Below are positions 46,963-57,100 of a DNA stretch of 64,000 nt, piece by piece (the stretch's first letter is position 1; each line of letters starts with the position of its first letter). The DNA comes from Parcubacteria group bacterium LiPW_41 (GTDB taxonomy: Bacteria > Patescibacteriota > Minisyncoccia > UBA6257 > GWB1-50-10). The DNA is taken from NCBI GenBank assembly GCA_007375535.1, contig VMEM01000002.1, positions 20,265-84,264 of the forward strand, in the 5' to 3' direction. A model generated the notes under the pieces. The model was not told the DNA's origin. It did no database searches and was given only the letters and a program-made list of their open reading frames with translations. A program made the translations under genes and the position numbers.

Positions 46963-47367
46963 ATGGAAACTCGGAATTACAGTGAAGCACTAAATGAGGG
47001 GTACAAACGACTTCATGCACAAATTGAGGTAGAACGTGCGAAACCTGAGAATGCGGAAATTCAGGAACGAGATATCGTTAAAAAATCAGTAGTTGGGGTT
47101 GTTCAATCAATAAAATCAACACAACCAGCAGAAGAAAAGAAAGAGGAGAAGCCGGTTGAACTTCATGTTATTCCGGAATATGCCGAAAGAGAACCAGAGA
47201 TATTAAGAAAAGAAATTGAAGTACTTGTTGAATCTGCGGCAAACAGCGGTCTTGAACAAGCGGTCCGGGAATCATTAAAGCATTCGTCATTTGTACAAGA
47301 TGCATTTCATGATGCATTGGTTGACAAGCTGATTCCAGAAATGAAGAAGAGAGGAATTCTGAAATAA
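46963..47367 (+). CDS. hypothetical acidic helical protein
   Basis: 134 aa with no recognisable motif, lying between two repeat copies in the pilus locus. Confidence 0.4.
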   Translation: METRNYSEALNEGYKRLHAQIEVERAKPENAEIQERDIVKKSVVGVVQSIKSTQPAEEKKEEKPVELHVIPEYAEREPEILRKEIEVLVESAANSGLEQAVRESLKHSSFVQDAFHDALVDKLIPEMKKRGILK

Positions 47368-47469
47368 TTTCAATTTACAAATTTTAAATTTCAATTTAAT
47401 TCTCCAATGACCAAATTTAAAATTTTTACATTCAATTAAAATTTGAAATTTAGAACTTAAAATTTATCC
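47368..47469 (+). repeat. ~105 bp AT-rich repeat element, copy 3
   Basis: Near-identical to copy 2 through ...ttcaattaaaatttgaaatttagaacttaaaatttatcc-ATG. Confidence 0.6.
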
Positions 47470-49842
47470 ATGGCTTCCTTCATTATTTTTATCTCAATTC
47501 TAGTTGCTGCCATTATTGGTGTTGGGTTGTTTTTTCTTTGGAAAAACAAAATTAAGAAAGCACTTGTTGAGCAGCTTTCGATGAAGTTGTTTTTGATAAA
47601 GCTTCCAAGAGAATCAAAAGAGGGAAGAGAGTTGAAAAAAGAAATAAGCATTTCTGAACAGCTTATTGCTGCGCTTGCCTCATTTAAAAAACCGTTTGCG
47701 TTTGAAGTTGCAGTTCCGCACGTGGGAGAAGAAATTCATTTTTATATTTCAGTTCCACAAGTTGCAGGAGAAGCAGTTGCGAGACAAATTCAAGCACTTT
47801 GGAAAGATGCAGATGTGATTCCGGTAGATGACTACAATATTTTTAATCCCGCGGGTGCGGTTTCAGCATTTTCACTCTCACAACGTGATTATTACGTTGT
47901 TCCGCTTCGCACGTATCAAGAATTTGAATCAGATACATTTCTCTCTGTTCTAGGTGGTCTTGCACAGATAAATGAAGTTGGAGAGGGGTGTGCAATTCAA
48001 TACATTGTTCGTCCCGCAGATAGATCAGCAAAGAAAAATATTCAGAAAGCAATTGAAGAGTTGCGAAAAGGAAGAAAAGCAAAGGATGTAATTTATACAA
48101 AAAATAATGGAGACCTTTCATTTAAAGAAATTGGAGAGATAGCGGTAAAAGGAAGTGAAGCAATTGATAAAAAAGACGAAAAGAGTGTTGATGAGCATGC
48201 GGTAAAAATGCTTGAAGGGAAAATATCAAAACCATTATTTTTGGTAAATGTGCGAGTTGTTGCGTCTGCCCCAAGTGAACCACAAGCAAGAGCAATTACT
48301 GATGGAGTTGCTGCTGGGTTTGCACAATTTACGTCCCCAGAACGAAATGAGATAACGGTTCGATATTATAAAAAACCTGAAGCGCTCGCTCATAAATTTA
48401 TTTTCAGAGAACATTCGAAGGATGAGGCTATGGTAATGAATTCCGAAGAACTCGCAAGTATTTTTCATTTACCAACTGCATTTACTGAGGTTTCACGGGT
48501 GAGCTATTTGAAATCGCGTGAAGCCCCACCTCCATCGGAAACTCCACGAGAAGGTCTTGTTATTGGTGAGAGTAGATTTCACGGAATGAAACGTGAGATT
48601 CGTTTGACTCGCGAAGATAGACGCAGGCATTTATATCTAATTGGACAAACCGGAACAGGAAAATCTGTATTTTTAAACAATGCTTCAGGACAGGATATTT
48701 TAAATGGAGATGGTGTTTGTCTTATTGATCCAAATGGAGATCTTTTTGAAGATGTATTAAATCGAGTTCCTGAATCACGTGCTAAGGATGTGATTGTCTT
48801 TGATCCATCGGACATGGACAGGCCACTTTCAGTGAACATGCTTGAGTATGATGCACGTTTTCCTGAACAAAAAACATTCATCATAAATGAACTGATGATG
48901 ATTTTTGATACGTTATATGATTTGAAAGCAACGGGTGGCCCTATGTTTGAACAGTATGCAAGGAATGCATTGTTGTTATTGATGGATGATCCAAGTGCTG
49001 GGTATACCATTTTGGAAATTCCTCGAGTGCTCTCCGACTCAAATTTCCGTGAAATGTTACTTTCAAAATGTACTAATCTTATTGCAAAAGATTTTTGGGA
49101 GAAGGAAGCAGAGCAGGCGGGAGGTGAGGCTTCGCTTCAAAATATGGTTCCTTACATCACTTCGAAATTTAGCACATTTATTGCAAATGATTACGTCCGC
49201 CCTATTATTGCTCAATCAAAGAGTTCTCTAGATTTTAGAAAAATTATGGATGAGGGAAAGATTTTACTCGTGAATCTTTCGAAAGGAAGAATTGGAGAGT
49301 TGAATGCGAGTTTGCTCGGAATGATCATTGTTGGGAAACTTACCATGGCGGCGTTTTCTCGTGCTGATATGGCGGATCGAGATGCACGTAGAGATTTCTA
49401 TTTATATATTGATGAGTTTCAGAATTTCACAACTCCTTCAATCTCAACTATTCTTTCTGAGGCAAGAAAATATCGATTGTGTCTTACTGTTGCACACCAA
49501 TTTATTGCGCAATTAAAGGATCCGATTCGTGATGCGATTTTTGAAAACGTTGGTTCAATGATCTCGTTCCGTATTGGTCCGAACGATGCAGAATTTCTCG
49601 AAAAACAATTTGCTCCAACGTTTAATAAAAATGATTTAATTAATGTTGATAACTTAAATGCGTATGCGAAGATAATCATCAATAATAAGATCTATCCTCC
49701 TTTTTCTTTGTTTGTTCCATTTCCTCCAAAAGGAATTGCGACGCGTGGAGCACAAATAAGAGAATATTCACGATTGATGTATGGAAGACCAAAAGCCGAC
49801 GTTGATGCAGAAATTTACTCTCGATTACGAGAATCTCGTTAA
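47470..49842 (+). CDS. membrane-anchored P-loop ATPase of the FtsK/HerA/TrwB(VirD4)-like superfamily
   Basis: N-terminal TM; Walker A YLIGQTGTGKSVFL about 30 aa before IDPNGD; Walker B LYIDEFQNF; then AHQ. About 790 aa in total. Confidence 0.55.
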   Translation: MASFIIFISILVAAIIGVGLFFLWKNKIKKALVEQLSMKLFLIKLPRESKEGRELKKEISISEQLIAALASFKKPFAFEVAVPHVGEEIHFYISVPQVAGEAVARQIQALWKDADVIPVDDYNIFNPAGAVSAFSLSQRDYYVVPLRTYQEFESDTFLSVLGGLAQINEVGEGCAIQYIVRPADRSAKKNIQKAIEELRKGRKAKDVIYTKNNGDLSFKEIGEIAVKGSEAIDKKDEKSVDEHAVKMLEGKISKPLFLVNVRVVASAPSEPQARAITDGVAAGFAQFTSPERNEITVRYYKKPEALAHKFIFREHSKDEAMVMNSEELASIFHLPTAFTEVSRVSYLKSREAPPPSETPREGLVIGESRFHGMKREIRLTREDRRRHLYLIGQTGTGKSVFLNNASGQDILNGDGVCLIDPNGDLFEDVLNRVPESRAKDVIVFDPSDMDRPLSVNMLEYDARFPEQKTFIINELMMIFDTLYDLKATGGPMFEQYARNALLLLMDDPSAGYTILEIPRVLSDSNFREMLLSKCTNLIAKDFWEKEAEQAGGEASLQNMVPYITSKFSTFIANDYVRPIIAQSKSSLDFRKIMDEGKILLVNLSKGRIGELNASLLGMIIVGKLTMAAFSRADMADRDARRDFYLYIDEFQNFTTPSISTILSEARKYRLCLTVAHQFIAQLKDPIRDAIFENVGSMISFRIGPNDAEFLEKQFAPTFNKNDLINVDNLNAYAKIIINNKIYPPFSLFVPFPPKGIATRGAQIREYSRLMYGRPKADVDAEIYSRLRESR

Positions 49843-49844
49843 TA

Positions 49845-50507
49845 ATGAAACCATTTCTTTCTATAGTTATTCCAGTTCAAGATGAGGGTGAGAGACTTTT
49901 GGATTTTTTACTTTCCCTTGATTATATGTTGTCGCTCTCTGAATTTTCGTATGAGTGTGTTTGTGTGTGTGCTCAAAAAAATGAAAATTCAAAGAAGGTG
50001 TGTGAAAAATTTTCTAAATTGGTGAAATATATGCGTGTGTGTGAGATAAAAGGAAATGGTGGATGGAGAGAGTTGTTTGGGGAGGGGATGAATTCTTCGA
50101 AGGGGAGTATTCGAATGTTTCTTGATCCTGGAGTGATTTCTGTGTTTAAAGATAGGGATAAAATATTAGAGCGACTCCGAGAGGGATACGAGTGTGTTAT
50201 TGCGGTTGATGAAGGAAAAGAAGAGGGGGAGTATGTGAGTCCAAATTCGATTCCAAGAATGATTGTATTCCGGGAAGAAATGCTTTCGCTTCTTGAAACA
50301 AAACACAATATTTCACATAATAGGCGTTCGCTATTTGTAGAAATTATTGGATTTTTATTAAAGAATAAAATTAAGGTATATGCGTTTCCGCTTTCGGCGA
50401 AGGAAGGAACAAAAGTAAAAGAAACAGTGATTGATAAGCTAATCAACAAAACAAAGTTGATGAAAGTAAAAAGAGAGCATAAGAAATTAAGAAAGAAAAT
50501 TGATTAA
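49845..50507 (+). CDS. glycosyltransferase family 2-like protein (divergent)
   Basis: The N-terminus LSIVIPVQDEGERL matches the GT2 SIVIPxYNE start; the rest is divergent. Confidence 0.4.
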   Translation: MKPFLSIVIPVQDEGERLLDFLLSLDYMLSLSEFSYECVCVCAQKNENSKKVCEKFSKLVKYMRVCEIKGNGGWRELFGEGMNSSKGSIRMFLDPGVISVFKDRDKILERLREGYECVIAVDEGKEEGEYVSPNSIPRMIVFREEMLSLLETKHNISHNRRSLFVEIIGFLLKNKIKVYAFPLSAKEGTKVKETVIDKLINKTKLMKVKREHKKLRKKID

Positions 50508-50510
50508 TAT

Positions 50511-51260
50511 ATGAAACATTTAGTTATTGCAAATTGGAAGATGAACCCAATGTCTTTAAAAGAGGCTATAAGTTTAGCCAAAGAGGAAGACAAAAAAGAT
50601 GTAGTGATTATTCCTCCAACGCCATATATTCCCGCATTACAAACCGTAGTAAAGAAGGGATCGCTTGGGGTTCAGGACGTTGATCCGATTAATGCAGTAA
50701 ATGGTCCGTATACAAGTGCATTATCCCCAGCATTTTTAAAAAAGTTTGGTGTGAGATATACAATTATCGGACATTCAGAGGCAAGGGCAAATCTTGGAGA
50801 GAGTGATGCAATAATTGCGCACAAAATAAAAAGTGCGCTTGATGCTGGGATTATTCCTATTCTTTGTGTTGGCGAAACAAAGGAAGTTCGAGATATGGGA
50901 TATACAAAAGCTCGCGAATTTGTTTTGGATCAACTTGAACGAGGTCTAGATTTAATAAAGGGTGGAGTAGGAAAAATTATCATTGCATATGAACCAGTGT
51001 GGGCGATAAGCACCAACAATGAAGGAGTTGCAGATGATTCAGAGGGAGCTGGTGAGATGATACAAAATATAAAGGCACATCTTTCCTCTTCAATGAAATT
51101 ATGGGCGCAGTATAAAATAATTGGTGTCTATGGCGGATCAGTTGGTGTAAACAATGTTGGAGTATTTTTGAAAGAGCGCTCGATTGATGGATTCCTCGTT
51201 GGAAGCGCAAGCTTGAGATCAAAAGAATTTTTGAGAATTGTAGAAATTGTAAACGGATAA
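50511..51260 (+). CDS. tpiA: triosephosphate isomerase
   Basis: IANWKMN, IIGHSE, AYEPVWAI and GGSV motifs. Confidence 0.9.
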   Translation: MKHLVIANWKMNPMSLKEAISLAKEEDKKDVVIIPPTPYIPALQTVVKKGSLGVQDVDPINAVNGPYTSALSPAFLKKFGVRYTIIGHSEARANLGESDAIIAHKIKSALDAGIIPILCVGETKEVRDMGYTKAREFVLDQLERGLDLIKGGVGKIIIAYEPVWAISTNNEGVADDSEGAGEMIQNIKAHLSSSMKLWAQYKIIGVYGGSVGVNNVGVFLKERSIDGFLVGSASLRSKEFLRIVEIVNG

Positions 51261-51280
51261 AATTATATTAGTTTGAAATC

Positions 51281-52036
51281 ATGAATAGAAGTTTAAAACA
51301 ATTATTATATTCACTTATCTATTTAGTTTTTCTTGTTTTTATTGGAATTGTTGTGTGGGGATTTTTTTCAAAACAGCCACCAACATGTACAGATGGAAAA
51401 AGGAATCAAAATGAAACGGGAATTGATTGTGGTGGAACTTGTGTATCGTGTGACCTAAAAGACATTCAACCAGTTGAGTTTCTTGGATATTCCGTAATGC
51501 CACTTAAGTCTGGTCGTGTTTCTCTATTGGTTCATGTTAAAAATCCAAATGAGACACACCACGCATCTCCGTTTTCATATACCATTCGCCTTTTTGATGA
51601 AAATGATATTGAGAGGGAAGTTTTTTATGGAGATGCATCGCTTGTTGCGGGAAGTGATGGATATATTTTGGAAAATAAAACGACCTATTCTGATCCAAAA
51701 AGAGTTGAATTTGAGATGGGTGACGCTAACTGGAAGCTCAAGGAATCATTTTTAGCACCAGAATTAGTTATTCAAGAGACTTCAACTACTGTCGATAAAA
51801 ATGTAGTTCGCGTGAAGGGAACAATTGAAAATAAAAGTTCTTTTGGGGTAGAAAATATACACATTATTGCAATACTAGGGGGAGAATATAATGAGGATGT
51901 TTTTGCGAGCGAAATGATTTTGACTCGTATGGCAGCTTTTCGAAAAGAACAATTTAGCGTTGCATTTCCAAGTGATCCCGAGATTGCCCAGCGCTTGAAA
52001 ACAAACGCAACACGCGTCATAGTACAAGCAGAATGA
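51281..52036 (+). CDS. membrane-anchored extracytoplasmic protein (hypothetical)
   Basis: One TM helix and a Cys-rich patch (CTDGKRNQNETGIDCGGTCVSC). Confidence 0.4.
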   Translation: MNRSLKQLLYSLIYLVFLVFIGIVVWGFFSKQPPTCTDGKRNQNETGIDCGGTCVSCDLKDIQPVEFLGYSVMPLKSGRVSLLVHVKNPNETHHASPFSYTIRLFDENDIEREVFYGDASLVAGSDGYILENKTTYSDPKRVEFEMGDANWKLKESFLAPELVIQETSTTVDKNVVRVKGTIENKSSFGVENIHIIAILGGEYNEDVFASEMILTRMAAFRKEQFSVAFPSDPEIAQRLKTNATRVIVQAE

Positions 52037-53109
52037 TGCACAGGATTAGGAATCTTGATTTTACTCTTTTAGGGGCCCTTTTTTTCCTCGCGTTGTTTAG
52101 TTTGCTTTCTTTGGCGAGTTCTGGAATGGAATTCTTTTGGAAGCAGTTATTATGGTATGGAATTGGATTTGGATTAATTATTTTTGGGAGTTCGTTTGAT
52201 TGGAGATGGTTGGGTACACAAATTTGGTTTAGAGCGGTGCTGTATTGGGGAAGTGTTGGACTTGTTTTTGTCTCAAATTTTTTATCAGGCACAGTTAGGG
52301 GAACAAAGGGATGGATTTCAATTGGAGGATTTCAGTTTGAGCCTGCAGAATTGGTAAAACTTTCTGTTATTTTGGTTCTTTCAAGTTATTTTGCTCGAAA
52401 ACATATTCATGCGTGGCAGACGAGGACGTTGTTTGTCTCTTTGTTGTTTGTCCTTATTCCTACGGTGCCAATTATTTTACATCCTGATTTTGGGTCTGCA
52501 GCAATGGTGATGGTCTTGTGGCTTGGTTTTATCCTTCTCTCTGGAATTCATATAAAACGATTTCTTATTGGTGTTGGATGTTTTCTTATTTCGTTTACAC
52601 TCTTATGGAGTTTTGTTTTGAAGCCATATCAAAAAGAACGTATTACTGGTTTCTTTTCTCCAAGTGGAGATCCTTTGGGGGTAAACTATAATGTAATTCA
52701 ATCGAAAGTTTCCATTGGTTCTGGCGGCTTGTTTGGAAAGGGTTTTGGGATGGGGACGCAGGTACAATTCAAATTTCTTCCAGAAGCACAAACAGATTTT
52801 ATATTTGCAGCAATTGTTGAAGAGTGGGGATTGTTTGGGGGTTGCAGCGTGTTAATTGCTTTTTTCTTTGTTGTCTATCGTGTTATAATGATTGGGCTCC
52901 GAGCGAAAGATAATTATTTTAGATTTATTTGTCTTGGCGCGGGGGTTTATTTCGTCGCTCATTTCACAGTGAATGTTGGTTCTGCTCTAGGACTTCTTCC
53001 TGTTGCAGGTATAACATTTCCATTTGTGAGCTATGGTGGGTCAAACCTATTGACTTCCTCAGTGCTATTGAGCATAATACAACATATCAAACTTGAATCC
53101 TCAACGTGA
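52033..53109 (+). CDS. SEDS-family peptidoglycan polymerase RodA/FtsW
   Basis: Ten TM helices and the conserved loop SGDPLGVNYNVIQSKVSIGSGGLFGKGFG...QFKFLPEAQTDFIFA. Confidence 0.85.
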   Translation: MMHRIRNLDFTLLGALFFLALFSLLSLASSGMEFFWKQLLWYGIGFGLIIFGSSFDWRWLGTQIWFRAVLYWGSVGLVFVSNFLSGTVRGTKGWISIGGFQFEPAELVKLSVILVLSSYFARKHIHAWQTRTLFVSLLFVLIPTVPIILHPDFGSAAMVMVLWLGFILLSGIHIKRFLIGVGCFLISFTLLWSFVLKPYQKERITGFFSPSGDPLGVNYNVIQSKVSIGSGGLFGKGFGMGTQVQFKFLPEAQTDFIFAAIVEEWGLFGGCSVLIAFFFVVYRVIMIGLRAKDNYFRFICLGAGVYFVAHFTVNVGSALGLLPVAGITFPFVSYGGSNLLTSSVLLSIIQHIKLESST

Positions 53110-54139
53110 ACAACGAGGTAATTTGAGCGTGCGCCTCCTGGTCGTACTAGGAGCTCTTTTGGCGTTTATTTTTGTTGTTGCATATTTTGTCTATTCACTT
53201 CAGCCAAGTGATACTGAAAACAATCAGGAAGATAATACAATTTCTACCTCAACGGCCGTTCAATTCAAAATTGAAAAAGGTGAGGGAATTCGAGAGATTG
53301 CGAGTCGTTTGTCTAGTGAAAAATTAATTCGTTCAATAACCGTGTTTAAGTTTTACACGGTTATTTCTGGTACTGCTCATCGATTTTTGCCAGGGTCATA
53401 CACAATTTCAAATGCAATGAGCATTCCAGAGATTGTCAAAGAATTTACCGATGGAGGAAAAAATGAAACAACGGTGGTAATTCCTGAAGGTACAACCATA
53501 CGAGACGTTGAAGAGATATTGGCTGGGGCTGGGGTGTTGCAAAAAGGAGTTTCACTTCCCAAGGATCCGAAATTGTTTGAAAAAGAATTTCCGTTCCTTG
53601 AAAAGCGAACATCACTCGAAGGGTTTGTCTTTCCTGATACTTATAGAGTTCCACTCGACGCGCCACCAGAAGTTATAGTAAGGAAGTTTCTTGAGACCTT
53701 TGAACGAAAAGCATGGCCAATTTTGAAAGAACAAGATGATTGGTACAACCGACTGGTTCTTTCCTCAATTCTTGAGCGAGAAGTAATTACATTCGAAGAT
53801 AGACAGATCGTTGCAGGAATTTTCTTGAAAAGAATATCAATAAGGATGCCAATACAAGCGGATGCAACGATTAGTTATGAAAAGTGTGATGGGAAGTATA
53901 AGGGGTGTGAGGTGATTAGAATGGCACGATCAGACACAGCAATCCCGTCTCCGTATAACACCTACCAACGTCTCGGACTTCCACCAACGCCAATTGCAAA
54001 TCCAGGACAATCAGCAATTCGCGCAGCAATAGAGCCACAAAAAACCCCATACCTCTATTACCTTTCGGCTAAAACTGGTGAGACATTATTCTCGAGGACA
54101 CTCGATGAACACAATATAAAGAGGGCGAAATATCTATAA
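53093..54139 (+). CDS. mltG: endolytic murein transglycosylase MltG (YceG family)
   Basis: N-terminal TM, a LysM-like region, and the catalytic block GLPPTPIANPGQSAIRAAIEP. Confidence 0.8.
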   Translation: MNPQREQRGNLSVRLLVVLGALLAFIFVVAYFVYSLQPSDTENNQEDNTISTSTAVQFKIEKGEGIREIASRLSSEKLIRSITVFKFYTVISGTAHRFLPGSYTISNAMSIPEIVKEFTDGGKNETTVVIPEGTTIRDVEEILAGAGVLQKGVSLPKDPKLFEKEFPFLEKRTSLEGFVFPDTYRVPLDAPPEVIVRKFLETFERKAWPILKEQDDWYNRLVLSSILEREVITFEDRQIVAGIFLKRISIRMPIQADATISYEKCDGKYKGCEVIRMARSDTAIPSPYNTYQRLGLPPTPIANPGQSAIRAAIEPQKTPYLYYLSAKTGETLFSRTLDEHNIKRAKYL

Positions 54140-54185
54140 AACGATTTTTAAGAAAAATCACAAAGAAACAAAAAAATACCAACCG

Positions 54186-57100
54186 ATGAAAACAAAAATA
54201 TTTTCTTCATACAATGGGCCGAAATTTGGAGCGATGAATCTTATTGAGATTCAACGTAATTCATTTAAATGGTTTGTCGAAAAGGGTCTCCGAGAACTTT
54301 TTGATGAAATATCTCCAATTAAAGATCACACAGGAAAGGAACTTGAATTGAGTTTCTTGAACTACAAATTTGATGCTCCAAAATATACTGAAGAGCAAAC
54401 AAAAGAAAAAGATCTTACATTTGAAGCTGCGCTTCGTGTAAATCTTAAGTTGATTAATAGAACAACAAAAGATTCGATTGAACAAGAAGTATATCTTGGT
54501 GATTTTCCGATTATGACTACCCGTGGAACGTTCATAATAAATGGCGTTGAGCGTGTGGTTATTTCACAGTTAGTTCGAAGTCCTGGTGCATATTTTACTG
54601 CAAACGTGTTTCGTGGGAAGAAAATGTTTGGTGCAAAAGTTATTCCAAATCGTGGAGCATGGCTTGAATTTGAAACAGAACCAGATGGATTTATCGGTGT
54701 TCGTATTGATAGAAAGAGAAAGGCGCCAGTAACACAATTGTTGCGTGCGTTTGGATACTCTTCAAGCGAAGAAATGCTCAAAGCATTTGCAGATGTTGAT
54801 ACAGGAGACATAAAGCATATTCAAGCAACTCTCAAGAAGGATGATGCGGAGGATGCGGATAAATCATTTTTGGGACTTCACAATCGATTGCGACCAGGAG
54901 ATCTTACTACTGTTGATAATGCAAGATCATTGATCGAAGGAATGTTTTTCCGTTTTGATCGATATGATTTAAGCCCAGTAGGAAGGTATAAATTTAATCA
55001 ACGTCTTTCTATTGAAAATAAAGAAGAGGGTGTTCTTGATAAAGAAGATCTTACTATTTTGTTAAAAGAAATTATTCGAATGAATAATACGCCTTCTGCA
55101 GAGCCTGACGATATTGATCATTTGGGAAATCGAAGAGTGCGTGCGGTTGGTGAGTTGGTTCAATCACGTCTTCGTGTTGGATTTGCTCGTCTTCGACGTG
55201 GCGTACAAGACAGAATGTCTACACTTGAGCGCCGAACACTTCAACCAGTACAGTTGGTAAATTATAAATTGTTAACTGCAGTAGTTCGTGATTTTTTCTC
55301 TTCTTCTCAGCTTTCACAATTCATGGATCAGGTAAATCCACTTGCAGAGCTTGAACACAAGCGCAGAATGTCTGCAATGGGTCCTGGAGGGCTCACTCGT
55401 GAGCGTGCAGGATTCGAAGTTCGTGATGTGCACTCGTCTTACTATGGACGTATTTGTCCAGTTCAGACCCCTGAAGGAGCAAACATTGGATTGGTGAGTT
55501 ATATGGCAAACCATGCTCGTTTGAATGAGTTTGGTTTCTTAGAAGCGCCATATTATAAAGTGAAGAATGGAGTAGTAACTTCGACGATTGTGTGGATTGA
55601 TGCAATTGAAGAAGAAAAATATAATATTGCACAAGCTGATGTTGGTATTGATGAAAAAGGATTTATTATTCCTGATGTTTTTCCTGCTCGCATAAAAGGA
55701 AAGCCAGGAGAGTGCAGACGTGATGAGGTTGATTTTATGGATGTATCCGCAAATCAATTTACGAGCGTTTCGGCATCTCTTATTCCTTTCTTGGAACATG
55801 ATGATGCAAACCGTGCACTCATGGGATCAAACATGCAGAGACAAGGAGTTGCGTCAATTCATCCAGAAATTCCATTTGTAGGAACTGGACAAGAAGATCG
55901 TGCGGCACATGATTCAGAACAGGTTATTCTTGCAGAGGAAGATGGTGTGGTAACTGACTCTGATTCGTCAGGAGTTTCAATAAAAGGAAATTCAGGAACC
56001 CGAAGATATTCTATTCTTAAATTTAGGAGATCAAACCAGTCAACATGTATTTCACAGCGCCCTATTGTATTTGTTGGTGATAAAGTAAAAAAAGGAGATG
56101 TGATTGCTGATGGTCCAGCAACAAAAGATGGAGTGTTAAGTTTAGGACAAAATCTTATTGTCGCCTTTATCCCTTGGAGAGGGTGGAACTTTGAAGATGC
56201 TGTAGTACTTTCAGAGCGTGTTGCTCAGAAAGATCGATTTACTTCAATACACATTGAAACATTTATTTGTTCTGTTCGTGATACAAAAATTGGTCCTGAA
56301 ATAACAACTCCAGACATTCCAAACGTTTCAGAAGAAAAACTTCGCAATCTTGATGAAGAGGGTATTGTTCGTATTGGTGCAGAGGTTCGACCAGGAGATA
56401 TTCTCGTTGGAAAAATTTCACCAAAAGGTGAGTCAGAGCTTTCTTCAGAAGAGAGACTTCTTCGTGCGATTTTTGGAGAAAAAGCGCGTGACGTAAAAGA
56501 TACTTCCCTTACGCTTCCACACGGAAAGACAGGAAGAATCATCGGTATAAAAATATTTTCTCGTGAAAAGGGAGATAAACTTGAGCCAGGAATTATTAAA
56601 AAGGTTCAGGTTGAGGTTGCACAGCTTCGTAAAATTCGAGCAGGTGACAAGCTTGCAGGACGTCACGGAAACAAAGGTGTTATCTCAACGATTCGACCAG
56701 TGGAAGATATGCCATACCTTGCAGATGGAACTCCAGTTGATGTGGTATTGAACCCACTTGGTGTTGCATCACGTATGAACCTTGGACAAATTCTTGAAAC
56801 ACATTTGGGACTCGCTGCTTCAAAACTTGGATATCGTGCAGTTGTTCCAAACTTTGTAGGAGGAAATGAAAAGGAAATTGCAGAGGAATTAGTTCGTGCA
56901 GGATTCTCTGAGACGGGAAAAACAACATTGTACGATGGACTTACTGGACAAGCATTTCGAGATCCAATAATGGTCGGATGTATTTATATGATGAAACTTA
57001 ACCATTTGGTTGAGGATAAGATTCACATGCGTTCAACTGGTCCATACTCCTTGATCACACAGCAGCCACTTGGAGGAAAGGCTCAACTCGGAGGACAGCG

